The notes under the pieces are model-generated. The model had not been told where the DNA came from, ran no database searches, and saw only the letters and a list, made by a program, of their open reading frames with translations. Positions 1 to 8,627 of a stretch of 64,000 nt of DNA are shown piece after piece. The translations under genes were made by a program, and so were the position numbers. Source of the stretch: an uncultured Acidobacteriota bacterium (lineage in GTDB: Bacteria; Acidobacteriota; Thermoanaerobaculia; Multivoradales; JAHEKO01); the NCBI GenBank assembly GCA_963713825.1, contig CAVQNG010000003.1, forward strand, positions 1,216,001 through 1,280,000, in the 5' to 3' direction. Within the stretch, counting starts at the first letter, position 1. Each line of letters opens with the position of its first letter.

Positions 1-208
1 TTCCTCACCGTCCCTGTCAGCTCGCAGGTGTTGGCGCAGGCCGCTCGCCGGCGAGGCATCAGACAGGTCTCGCAAACGACAGAGGGGGAGTCACGACAGC
101 CGCCTTATTAGCACGGATACAATTTGGTGCGTAGGCTGATGTCGCAACTATCACGTGCTGGCATCAAGGTCTATGCCGAGGAGGAGGATGGAAGCCATCA
201 GTTCTCGG

Positions 209-697
209 TTACCACCCCCAGGTGCCCGACCCACCCTTGAAGGGCCCGACGATTTCTTTGGTGATCCAGCCACCGTAGAAGTCGCCCTCCTGGGCTACGA
301 CTCGCTCTCCATTCACGAAGCAGGCCTCGACGCGCGATGGATAGAACGCGAGGTGATCGCGAACCGACTCGAAGGCGTGCATCGGAGCGGGATAGGACCA
401 GGCGGCGTCGGGCGACTCGTGGTCACCGTCCACCAAGGTGTGATAGCGGGCAACCCCCTTGAACTCACAGACGGTCTGCCGATCCGAGTCGATCAGGTAC
501 TCCCAGTTAACATCCTCGGGTGGAATGTAATACGTTGGTGGATGGCTAGTCTCGAGGACCCGCTTGGCGTGTCGGCTCGTTGCTACTTTGTGGCCGTTGA
601 AGAAGATCTCGACCAGCTTGTCGGACGGCTCGATACGCGGTGGTCGGGGGTAGTCCCAGACCGATTCCTGCCCGGGGCGAGGGTCAAGACGCTTCAT
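209..697 (-). CDS. DUF427 domain-containing protein
   Basis: ESVWDYPRPP, RVLETSHPPTYYIP, CEFKGVA, AWSYP and FYGGWIT...GPFKG motifs are typical of DUF427. Start moved to the ATG at 697 (MKRLD). Confidence 0.9.
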   Translation of the reverse strand: MKRLDPRPGQESVWDYPRPPRIEPSDKLVEIFFNGHKVATSRHAKRVLETSHPPTYYIPPEDVNWEYLIDSDRQTVCEFKGVARYHTLVDGDHESPDAAWSYPAPMHAFESVRDHLAFYPSRVEACFVNGERVVAQEGDFYGGWITKEIVGPFKGGSGTWGW

Positions 698-772
698 TGA
701 GAACGCTCCTCTGATGGGTTGAAGTTTGTTGAAGAGTGAACGCCTGGGCACGGCGACTCAGGGGGTGAACGA

Positions 773-1333
773 ATGATGAACATTCTGGAGATCTCACGTT
801 GGCTGAACCAGAGCCGTCTCAGTGCGGCGCCCTGCCCTTGGCTGCGCGCTGTTTCGATCTTCGTCGACGAACGCTACGAGAACTACGACTACGACATCAT
901 CGGACCGCGCGCGCGTCTCCTCATCGCAGAAGTTCTTCTCGACCACGACTTTCAGCAACTCTCAGGCCGGGTCTTCGAAGGGCCGCTCGGCAGGATCGAG
1001 TTTCCGCGACCGACCCGATCACTGGCTACAGATCCCTCGGAGGAGTTCGAGCAAGTCGTGGACGGTTCGGCCGATGGGGTCTTTGCTACTCCTACGCAGA
1101 TCCTGCTGACGACCTGGCGACGGGAGGGGCCGGAAGTGGCACCGTCACGGCAACAAGACCTTCTGAAACTGGTCCGCGAACAACCGGCCAATCTCGACAA
1201 GATTCGGGACTGGTTGCGGCGAACGCCGTGTCTGGCGGACTTCCAACGATTTCGACCCCGACTCGAGGCGGCGCAGGAAGGAGGCCTTCAACAGCGCCGC
1301 CGAGGGACCTTCCGAACGCAGCTTCCGCGTTGA
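773..1333 (+). CDS. hypothetical protein
   Basis: 186-aa ORF with protein-like composition, divergent from the DUF427 gene; no family recognised. Confidence 0.7.
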   Translation: MMNILEISRWLNQSRLSAAPCPWLRAVSIFVDERYENYDYDIIGPRARLLIAEVLLDHDFQQLSGRVFEGPLGRIEFPRPTRSLATDPSEEFEQVVDGSADGVFATPTQILLTTWRREGPEVAPSRQQDLLKLVREQPANLDKIRDWLRRTPCLADFQRFRPRLEAAQEGGLQQRRRGTFRTQLPR

Positions 1334-1345
1334 GCAGACTCGGCC

Positions 1346-1532
1346 CTACAGCGGCCAATCCCTGAGCAGACGCTCGGTTTCCTCCGCGTGGCCACTCTCG
1401 TCCCACACCATATCCTCCAGCTGCACGGTAAGCTCCAGTCTCTTTGGCTGCGTAGGTGATGTACTGAATGATGGCAGAGAGCTTTACAGCCAGATCTCGA
1501 TTCAGATTGTCGATCAATGTCTGTTTGTCGAT
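1346..1532 (-). pseudogene. internally deleted ferritin-like (bacterioferritin/Dps-superfamily) gene
   Basis: AAGGAGG RBS at 1541-1547 precedes ATC instead of ATG. The N-terminus IDKQTLIDNLNRDLAVKLSAIIQYITYAAK is joined, out of frame, to the C-terminus VQLEDMVWDESGHAEETERLLRDWPL-stop, which carries an ExxH motif. Confidence 0.8.
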
Positions 1533-1553
1533 AGGCGCTTCCTCCTTGGGTCC

Positions 1554-1697
1554 TCAGCTTTGTTCTCTGCCGGGGGGTGCTGCCGCCCTGACCTTGGCGG
1601 CGCGCTCCTCGAATTCGCGAGCCCGTACGATTCCGAGAAAGACGACTCCAGTCACAACCAGTCCAAAGGCGAAGATGGCGATAAGTTGTGCAGTCAT
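1554..1697 (-). CDS. small single-pass membrane protein (47 aa)
   Basis: GAGGAGG RBS, then MTAQLIAIFAFGLVVTGVVFLGIVRAREFEERAAK...; below the ORF-track length cutoff. Confidence 0.7.
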   Translation of the reverse strand: MTAQLIAIFAFGLVVTGVVFLGIVRAREFEERAAKVRAAAPPGREQS

Positions 1698-1712
1698 GTT
1701 TTGTGGTCCTCC

Positions 1713-1883
1713 TCAACCGCGAAGCATGCGAACACGGATTCCAACCCACAAAATGAGAATCGAGGGCACCCAAAGCCCGACGAATAGGCCGTAGTTGGGA
1801 TTCACCAGAAACCACAACCCGACGCTCACCAGGAAGCTGGCAAAAGCGGCGATTAGAAAGGGTACGTCTACTCTGTCGAACAT
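1713..1883 (-). CDS. small two-TM membrane protein (56 aa)
   Basis: AGGAGG RBS before the ATG at 1883; two hydrophobic segments; GLFVGLWVPSIL motif. Confidence 0.75.
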   Translation of the reverse strand: MFDRVDVPFLIAAFASFLVSVGLWFLVNPNYGLFVGLWVPSILILWVGIRVRMLRG

Positions 1884-1921
1884 CTGGGATCCTCCTGTCT
1901 CGGGCGTGACTTGTGCGGTTC

Positions 1922-2626
1922 TCAACTTGGATCCAAGGGAATCAGGATCTCGTTACGGCGCAAAAACCAGGGTTTGAAGGGCGGGTCGTAACGGGCGAAG
2001 ATTGGCTCTCCGGACACTGTCCATCCGTGGGCGTCAATCCAGGATCCGAGCTCGGTTCGGTGTGCTTCGTAACGCTGCTGACTCCAAGTGCCGCTGTAGC
2101 GAATCGCAGCCACGAGCCCTCCGGGCATCTCGCGTAGGTGGACCTCCGCGTCGACCGGCTCTGGGAGCGTCTCCAGTGTGTATTTGGAAGGCATCATGAA
2201 GGTGATCCGGTAGAGCTCGCCCTGGCGATGCATGCTGACTGGTGTCGTCATCGCGATCTTCTCTGAGGTCGTTTGGGAAACGGGGGCGGTCATGGCCAGC
2301 TTCTGCTGACTCCGGTTGTTGCCGAAAATGTAATCGGCCAGCCGGCGGAAGCCCTCGTTTCCGGCTCTCTCGAACTCGGCATCGACGACGGTTGCCGCAA
2401 CAATATAGGGCTCATAGCGTCGCAGTTCGAAACGCCCGTCGCTTTCCAGGACGTCGTAGCGCGGTTGTTCTAGAGCCATGGCTGCACCTCCGCAGGCAAC
2501 AAGAACCGTCAGCAGAACGGCGGTAGCGAGCGTCCGCGTTCGCGGTGTGCTCAGCTGGATCGAAGCGTCCGGCGGAGCCGATTCCTCGACTGCAGAACGG
2601 CTCATGGACGTTTTGACCGTTTTCAT
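1922..2626 (-). CDS. SOUL family heme-binding protein
   Basis: FELRRYEP, GFRRLADYIFGNN, KIAMTTPV, FMMPS and YDPPFKPWFLRRNEI motifs; hydrophobic N-terminal segment. Start uncertain. Confidence 0.9.
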   Translation of the reverse strand: MKTVKTSMSRSAVEESAPPDASIQLSTPRTRTLATAVLLTVLVACGGAAMALEQPRYDVLESDGRFELRRYEPYIVAATVVDAEFERAGNEGFRRLADYIFGNNRSQQKLAMTAPVSQTTSEKIAMTTPVSMHRQGELYRITFMMPSKYTLETLPEPVDAEVHLREMPGGLVAAIRYSGTWSQQRYEAHRTELGSWIDAHGWTVSGEPIFARYDPPFKPWFLRRNEILIPLDPS

Positions 2627-2775
2627 GGAGACAGTATGGTCGCTCCGTAGCGGTCTGTCAACCCTCGACAGGAGACTGATGACCAGGGAGCTGCCGACTC
2701 GACCGCGCGTCACAGGAATGCAGTCGGAGCGACGAGCACTTCCTCGAGAGTACCCGCGACACTGGTATCAGCCGA

Positions 2776-3570
2776 CTATCCGTGATCCGGCCCATCCAAA
2801 CTGGATCGCTCAGGCTTTCGGAAGATCAGGAAGTGCTGCTGCGGCAGCATGGCCCGGTTCTCGACGAACTCCAGTCCCACGGACTCCATTTCCCGGCGAG
2901 CCTGGTCCTCGGTCATCTTGTGCAACGGCAAGATGGGGATCGAGGGGTCCTCGGCTCGATACTCGACCAGAAACACCCTTCCGCCGGGGCGCAGGGCCTT
3001 CACAATGGCAGTCATCATCTCTCGCGGATGCGAGAACTCGTGGTAGGCATCCACGATCAAGACCGCATCGATACTGGCGGCCGGAAGGTTCGGGTCAGTC
3101 TCAGTGCCGAGCACCGTCTCGACGTTGGCATAGGACCCCTGCCGTTTCCGTTGCTCGACGACCGCGAGCATCTCGGGCTGAATGTCCACGGCGAGCACCC
3201 GACCCTGAGGCAATCGCGGACTGATTCTGAAAGTGAAGTGGCCGCTGCCAGCGCCAAGATCGGCTACCGCCGCATCGGATGCCAGCGCCATGCCGTCGAC
3301 TACCAGATCCGTGCGCTCCTCCTTCTCGCGCTCCGCGCGCTCGAGCCAGCTGACGCCTCGGTGCCCCATCACAAACGAGATCTCGCGGCCCATGTAGAGC
3401 TTGCCGATACCGTCCCGGCTCGGCCGCTGCTGGGAATAGAAATCTGACGAGGCAGAAGAGATCGACGCGCACTCGGCCACTGGAGCCGACAGGACTTCCA
3501 GGGTCAGTAGGCAAAGGCTGATGAGCATCCAAGGCCGGAGCTTCGAGGTTCCTTTGGGTCTCGCAGTCAT
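2776..3570 (-). CDS. class I SAM-dependent methyltransferase with signal-like N-terminus
   Basis: VADLGAGSG motif I, AVDIQPEML, VDAYHEF, LRPGG. Confidence 0.9.
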   Translation of the reverse strand: MTARPKGTSKLRPWMLISLCLLTLEVLSAPVAECASISSASSDFYSQQRPSRDGIGKLYMGREISFVMGHRGVSWLERAEREKEERTDLVVDGMALASDAAVADLGAGSGHFTFRISPRLPQGRVLAVDIQPEMLAVVEQRKRQGSYANVETVLGTETDPNLPAASIDAVLIVDAYHEFSHPREMMTAIVKALRPGGRVFLVEYRAEDPSIPILPLHKMTEDQARREMESVGLEFVENRAMLPQQHFLIFRKPERSSLDGPDHG

Positions 3571-3610
3571 GAAAGGCTCCCGCAGCGCTGAATCCCCATT
3601 GTGCCTTCAC

Positions 3611-3732
3611 TCAGTCCCAGCCGAAGTGGGACATGATGGCGCTCTGGGACTGCTCCTGCGCCTCAAGGGGAAGACGAATCGCCCGAGACCGCTCGATGTG
3701 CCGGTGATGAAGATACTGCGTCGTTCGCTCAT
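3611..3732 (-). pseudogene. SDR oxidoreductase remnant (N-terminus fused to a probable C-terminal tail)
   Basis: The ATG at 3732 gives MSERRSIFITGTSSGLG (classic TGxxxGxG). A shifted frame then reads RLPLEAQEQSQSAIMSHFGWD-stop. Confidence 0.6.
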
Positions 3733-3807
3733 GATGAGTTCTTCTTTGTGGGAAGAGTACTTCTCTTTTGAATTCGATAAGGGTCGAATGCTGGTGATGC
3801 GAGTTGG

Positions 3808-4533
3808 CTAGCTGATGGTCGAGCGGCCCCCGTCGACACTGAGAATCTGACCCGTGATCCAGCTCGATTCGCCTGACAGTAGGAACACGGTGAGCGCGGC
3901 GATGTCTTCCGGAGTTCCCAAACGTCGCAGCGGATGCTGCTTGGCGATTCCCTCGGCGATCGCGTCATTGGTCAGCAGACCCGCGGCAAGCGGTGTCTGG
4001 GTCAGTGAGGGGGCAATCGCGTTGACGCGTATCCGCGGGGCGAGCTCCGCTGCCAGCGACAGCGTCAGGCCATTGACAGCACCCTTGGCCATGCCCATCG
4101 AGGCGTGAAGCGAGAAGCCCTGCCTGGCTGCAACGCTGGAGTAGAAGACGACGGAGGAGGCGGCTTGTTCGACCTTCTTCAGAGCCGGCAGCGCCGCCTG
4201 CACGGCCAGAGCCGCGCCCATCGCATTAACCTGAAAGTCCTGCAGCAGATCGGACTCGGAGAGACGTTGGATGCTGCCCAGGTTGATCGTGCCTACGGCA
4301 TAGACGAGGCCGCCGAGCTCATCGCCGGCTTCCCGAGAGGCCGTCGAGAACAGATCTGGATCGGTGACGACATCGCCGACGGTGTAGTCGACCTCGAGCT
4401 CGGCACCTAGTGCACCCAGGCTTTCTGCGTTGCGGCCGACGAGATGGAGGTCGTGGCCCCGCTCGTGAAGCAGCCGCGCTGTCGCTGTGCCGATGCCGCC
4501 GGAGCCGCCGTAGATCAGGATCTTGTTTGTCAT
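3808..4533 (-). CDS. SDR family NAD(P)-dependent oxidoreductase
   Basis: GGSGGIG, AKGAV, RVNAIAP, ITGQILSVDGG. The catalytic Tyr position reads Met (MGMAK). Confidence 0.92.
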   Translation of the reverse strand: MTNKILIYGGSGGIGTATARLLHERGHDLHLVGRNAESLGALGAELEVDYTVGDVVTDPDLFSTASREAGDELGGLVYAVGTINLGSIQRLSESDLLQDFQVNAMGAALAVQAALPALKKVEQAASSVVFYSSVAARQGFSLHASMGMAKGAVNGLTLSLAAELAPRIRVNAIAPSLTQTPLAAGLLTNDAIAEGIAKQHPLRRLGTPEDIAALTVFLLSGESSWITGQILSVDGGRSTIS

Positions 4534-4543
4534 GGTGTCCTCG

Positions 4544-4585
4544 CTTGAGTGTTCATCACTGAGTCTTGAGTGTTCATCACAGAGT
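4544..4585. repeat. 21-bp tandem direct repeat, 2 copies, 1 mismatch
   Basis: CTTGAGTGTTCATCACTGAGT followed by CTTGAGTGTTCATCACAGAGT, just upstream of the SDR start. Confidence 0.9.
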
Positions 4586-4606
4586 TCGGTGTCCGGACAT
4601 GGAGCT

Positions 4607-5047
4607 TCACCCTGGAACTGCTGGCGGCATCAGCATGAGCGCGACGACACCCCGCACAGTCCAGGCGATCGTTCTCACCCAATTGCTCCGCACGAGCCGA
4701 GTAGCAGTCCGAGAGTCATAACCTGCTGCGAGACGGCGATGAAGCGGCACCTGCAGGAAGGCGGTCGAGAGCCAGATGAGAAGCAGAAGGATCCAGCCGA
4801 ACCAGGCCAGCGTGCGCTCTGGCGAGGTCAGGTTGCTGACCAGGATGAGTGACGCGGTCAGGGCCTCGATCGACATGAGAGGTGCTACGACCCATGTCGT
4901 TCGCATCTGGTGGAGCCTCTCGTATTCGACGAAGTGCTCACGGCCGACCAAGGAGAACAAAGGGTAGTGAACTACCTGGACGAACCAGATGAGGCCGAAC
5001 AGCGCCAATGTGGAGGCGCAATGCAGAGACAAGATCAGAGAGCTCAC
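4607..5047 (-). CDS. conserved membrane protein (QVVHYP motif)
   Basis: Four hydrophobic segments; LIWFVQVVHYP, QVPLH and NWVRT motifs; probable GTG start at 5047. Confidence 0.8.
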   Translation of the reverse strand: MSSLILSLHCASTLALFGLIWFVQVVHYPLFSLVGREHFVEYERLHQMRTTWVVAPLMSIEALTASLILVSNLTSPERTLAWFGWILLLLIWLSTAFLQVPLHRRLAAGYDSRTATRLVRSNWVRTIAWTVRGVVALMLMPPAVPG

Positions 5048-5072
5048 GAGGTTGGATTCCCGAAAGTCGGCA

Positions 5073-6599
5073 TCACGCCAACTGAGAGGTTTCGGCCGGA
5101 GTGGAGGTCCTGTCTTGTTCGTTGTCTCGCTCGAAGTCACGCTCCCCTTCGGCAACACGCCGAATCCCGAGCAGCATGTCCCGGAACACGATGCCGTGAA
5201 GAGGCATGACCGCGTACCAATAGAGGATTCCGAGCAAACCGCGGGGTTGAAAGCGTGCGATCTGGGTCAGATGACACTGATCGCCGTGTGACTCGATCAG
5301 GAATTCGAGCATCGCGACTCCCGGAACTTTCATCTCGGCTCGCAGTTCAAGGCGCCGGGAAGGCTCGATTCCGGTTACACGCCAGAAGTCGAGCGCATCG
5401 CCATATTGGATCTCCGTGGCGCTGCGCCGACCTCGCCTGAGGCCCGGGCCGCCGATCAACTGATCCATCAACCCCCTCAATTTCCAGAGGAAGTCCGCTG
5501 CGTACCAGCCATTGCGGCCGCCGATACGGCACACAGTGCGAAAGACTTGAAGTGGTGACGCCTGAATTACCGTGGCCTCACTGTGGATATAGGTTGCTCC
5601 ACCTGCCCAATCCGGATCTCCAGGAATCACTCCGGCATCGCTCCAGGAGGTCTCGACGTGACCCACCTGCTCGGTCCCGAGGGCAGCGTGGATGGCTTCC
5701 CGTACGGACAGAAGGCGCTGAGGCATGAGGCGCTGTGCCAAGTCGTCCCGGCAGACAACGCGGTTGCGAAGGCCTTCTGCGAGAGGTCGCGCAATACGGG
5801 CACTCAGCGGCGTCACCAGGTGGATCCAGAGGGAGCTCAGACGCGGCGTCAGAACAGGTACGGGGATGACGAAACGCCGCGGTAACCCTAGCTCTTCGGC
5901 CATGATTCGCATGACTTTCCGGTAGGAAAGAACGTCGGCCCCGCCGATATCCAGAGTTTTCCCAGTGGTCTCTGGAACCTCCAGGGCCGCTATCAGATAG
6001 TGGAGAACGTTTCGAACCGCGATCGGCTGATTCTCGGTTCTCACCCAGCGCGGGGTGACCATTACTGGTAGTCGCTCCACCAGGTAGCGGAGAATCTCGA
6101 AGGAGGCAGAGCCGGAGCCGATGATCATCGCGGCTCGAAAGACAGTTACGGACACAGCCGTGGATGCCAGGGCCTGCTCGACCTCTCGCCGTGAGGCCAG
6201 ATGCTCGCTCAATCCCTGGCCCGTCTCGCCGAGACCCCCCAGATAGAGGATTCTCTCGATGCCGGCGGCGGCCGCGGCGGAGGCGAAGCCGGTGGCGAGG
6301 CGACGGTCCTGTTCGGCGTACTCTTCGCCACTCGTCAGCATCGAGTGGACGAGGTAGTAAGCGGCGCCACAGCCCCGCATTGACTCTGTCAGAGCTTCCG
6401 TGTCCTCCACATCGCCGGTCACGATCTGAACGTGGGGGCTCGAGGCCCAGGCACGGGACTCCAGCTTTTTCGGACTACGGGCCAGGCATCTGACGCGATA
6501 GCCGGCATCGAGCAGCCGCGGGACCAATCGCCCACCGATGTATCCCGAGGCCCCCGTGACGAAGACGGTCTTTCTTAGCGTGATTCTTGAATCGTGCAT
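5073..6599 (-). CDS. YbjT-like SDR/NAD(P)-binding protein with C-terminal DUF2867
   Basis: VTGASGYIGGRL, YYLVHSM, GSGSASFE, GGxxGWY...LWKLRG, DFWRV, LRAEMKVPG, YWY motifs. Confidence 0.92.
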   Translation of the reverse strand: MHDSRITLRKTVFVTGASGYIGGRLVPRLLDAGYRVRCLARSPKKLESRAWASSPHVQIVTGDVEDTEALTESMRGCGAAYYLVHSMLTSGEEYAEQDRRLATGFASAAAAAGIERILYLGGLGETGQGLSEHLASRREVEQALASTAVSVTVFRAAMIIGSGSASFEILRYLVERLPVMVTPRWVRTENQPIAVRNVLHYLIAALEVPETTGKTLDIGGADVLSYRKVMRIMAEELGLPRRFVIPVPVLTPRLSSLWIHLVTPLSARIARPLAEGLRNRVVCRDDLAQRLMPQRLLSVREAIHAALGTEQVGHVETSWSDAGVIPGDPDWAGGATYIHSEATVIQASPLQVFRTVCRIGGRNGWYAADFLWKLRGLMDQLIGGPGLRRGRRSATEIQYGDALDFWRVTGIEPSRRLELRAEMKVPGVAMLEFLIESHGDQCHLTQIARFQPRGLLGILYWYAVMPLHGIVFRDMLLGIRRVAEGERDFERDNEQDRTSTPAETSQLA

Positions 6600-6606
6600 A
6601 ACGTTC

Positions 6607-6612
6607 ATTATA
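6607..6612 (-). promoter_or_regulatory. putative -10 box (TATAAT) for leaderless ybjT-like mRNA
   Basis: Perfect TATAAT 7 nt upstream of the ATG at 6599, no SD, at the edge of the AT-rich 6610-6745 spacer. Confidence 0.55.
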
Positions 6613-6742
6613 CAGGCAGATCTCTGGAGGAGTCAAATGAGAGTGCCTTTTATAAATAATTGAATCACAAGACTCTTATCAGCTGAACTGCTCTCCCTCA
6701 ATAATCTTAACAACAGCTAAAACGGTCATTCAAGACGAAATC

Positions 6743-6887
6743 ATGAGCAATCTTAACCTCTCACCGCCACTGTCCGTGGGTCGCAGTCTGATTACCGGAG
6801 CCACCGGGTTCATCGGTTTCGAGTTGGCGAAGCTCTTGAATTCCGAGGCTCGTCCTATGTGCCTGATGGTCCGCCGCCCGACTCCTA
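6743..6887 (+). pseudogene. truncated NAD-dependent epimerase/dehydratase N-terminus
   Basis: SLITGATGFIGFELAKLL...LMVR Rossmann start; similarity ends after about 47 codons, where the DUF3604 fragment begins. Confidence 0.65.
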
Positions 6888-7016
6888 CTCGGTGCAAACC
6901 CATTCAGGTACGGAATCAGCGGCGGTACCGACAACCACAACGGGGTACCAGCGGATGTGGCCGAGGACTCGTTCGGGGGGGGCCATGGCCCCGAAGACGG
7001 CACCGTCGAGGCGCGC
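6888..7016 (+). repeat. 129-bp diverged direct repeat of 10811-10939 (DUF3604 gene fragment)
   Basis: Ungapped manual alignment shows 13 mismatches in 129 bp. Encodes LGANPFRYGISGGTDNHNGVPADVAEDSFGGGHGPEDGTVEAR. Confidence 0.92.
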
Positions 7017-7018
7017 GA

Positions 7019-8410
7019 TCAGCCTGCAGCCGGCAGGATGCGCCGCCACATCACGAAGAGCTGGGCACAAAGGGCGCTGGGAAGAAACAGCGTCAGCGAG
7101 ACGAAGTAGCGAGTGAACGGGAAGGATACGAGGCTGACCAGCAAGAGGTAGGCCGCAAAATAGCCGACACCGAGAGCCAGCAGACTGATGAGGGTGGATA
7201 AGACGTTTGACTCGAGGGGGGAAATCGAGGCACCAGAGGCTCTGCTAGCGAGGAGGAAGATCGGCGCCGAGAAGAGGATCAGCAGCGCTGGGGCCATGAT
7301 CCAAACATAGTTCAGGAGCTGTTTCAGACCGTAGACCACGGCGCTCGTCACCCACTTGAAGTACAAACCTGGCCGCAAGCGCACGATCGCTCTCGAAGCT
7401 TGCGACAGCATCTCGTTCTGAACGACCCGAGCGGGTCGCTCCATTCCATCCAACCGATTCGGGTGGTCCTCGGCCAGTGCACTGATTCGCTTGTATTCCT
7501 TTTGAGCCGCGGGTATAGCTACCCGCCAGATGTTGTCGCTGTACTGCACGAAGTAGTCGGTGGTGGCGCTTCTCCTGGTCATGGCCTCCCAGCCCCGCTT
7601 GCGTCTCATTTTCATCATGTTCCTGGCCAGACCTTGATGCTCCTGGGGAAGCTGGCGCACGACCTGGCCGTCAATGAAGCTGGCAGCCATCCCTGCCTGG
7701 TTGGGGCCTCCGAACGAGACGACGCCGAAGTGCCCCACGGTTGCCCACCGCAGGCTACAGAACGTCAGAAATGGTAGAACAGTCACCAAGCCAGCGATGG
7801 CAGTCCACTGCCCAAGCTGTTCCCAATTCCGATCTCTGCGAAGCCACTTCAGAACGAATCCCAACACGGGCAGGAAAGCCACGAGAAACACCGCGGCAGG
7901 ACGCAGTTGGTAGGCGCTGAAGGTGGCGACACCCAGTCCGATCCACCAGCCGATGTTCGCTGGACCAGCTGCCAAGACAAGAAGACATGAGACGGCCACG
8001 ATGGCAGCTGCGGCGGCGAGAAAGTCAGGCTGCACGAACGTCGCCAACGTCATGACACCTGCGCAGGGCAGGGGTACGACCGTGGCCCAGGCTAGCCAGC
8101 CCGAGCTCGAGAATCGCTTGACGGAAAACCAGAACAGATACAGCGAGCCGAAGTAGATGAGGATCTGGAGCTTTGGTACAGGGTTCAGCCACCTGCCCAA
8201 CGACATGACGGCGCGCAGGAACAATGGGTAGCCGAATGTCCGATTGTGTGACAGGACCTCGGTCCAGCTCCCGGCGTCAGCGACGTTGAGATAGCTAGGT
8301 GTGTCGGCTACCCGCGTGTACTCCAAACCCCCGGACCAGGCCAGAACGGCGAAAGTCACGACCAGCTGCAGGGTCAGCCAGAACAGAGGTTTGTGTAGGA
8401 TTTCCGTCAC
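7019..8410 (-). CDS. polytopic membrane protein, putative GT-C-type glycosyltransferase
   Basis: About 10 TM segments; acidic DTPSY loop after TM1, RTFGYPLFL, LRP and a late RY motif. The GT-C assignment is inference. Confidence 0.6.
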   Translation of the reverse strand: MTEILHKPLFWLTLQLVVTFAVLAWSGGLEYTRVADTPSYLNVADAGSWTEVLSHNRTFGYPLFLRAVMSLGRWLNPVPKLQILIYFGSLYLFWFSVKRFSSSGWLAWATVVPLPCAGVMTLATFVQPDFLAAAAAIVAVSCLLVLAAGPANIGWWIGLGVATFSAYQLRPAAVFLVAFLPVLGFVLKWLRRDRNWEQLGQWTAIAGLVTVLPFLTFCSLRWATVGHFGVVSFGGPNQAGMAASFIDGQVVRQLPQEHQGLARNMMKMRRKRGWEAMTRRSATTDYFVQYSDNIWRVAIPAAQKEYKRISALAEDHPNRLDGMERPARVVQNEMLSQASRAIVRLRPGLYFKWVTSAVVYGLKQLLNYVWIMAPALLILFSAPIFLLASRASGASISPLESNVLSTLISLLALGVGYFAAYLLLVSLVSFPFTRYFVSLTLFLPSALCAQLFVMWRRILPAAG

Positions 8411-8627
8411 CTCGGAATGGTCAGTGGTGTCGAATCGAAAGTCTTGGAGAGCCTCTGTCGAACTACGGTGCCGAGCACCTTACAGATCGCGTCCGGCCCG
8501 AGTCTACCGGAGTCGAGCCGCAGGGATTTCGTACTCCGCCTTGGTTCTGCTACCTTGCTTGGCAGTCGTTCGTTGCAGCGAATAGAACCCTGACACGGAT
8601 CCAGGATCACGGAAGGTACTCCCCAGC

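Noticed and set aside
1-208. Possible structured RNA or leader at the window start
   Set aside because: No recognisable riboswitch or tRNA motif; only a 15-codon ORF; the context is cut by the window edge.
1092-1517. 141-aa ORF-track protein
   Set aside because: It is a chimera: a real ferritin-like N-terminus reading out of frame through the deletion junction into the antisense strand of the neighbouring gene.
6743-7201. 152-aa ORF as an intact epimerase
   Set aside because: Only the first ~47 codons are Rossmann-like; the rest is an out-of-frame DUF3604 fragment and antisense of the next gene.
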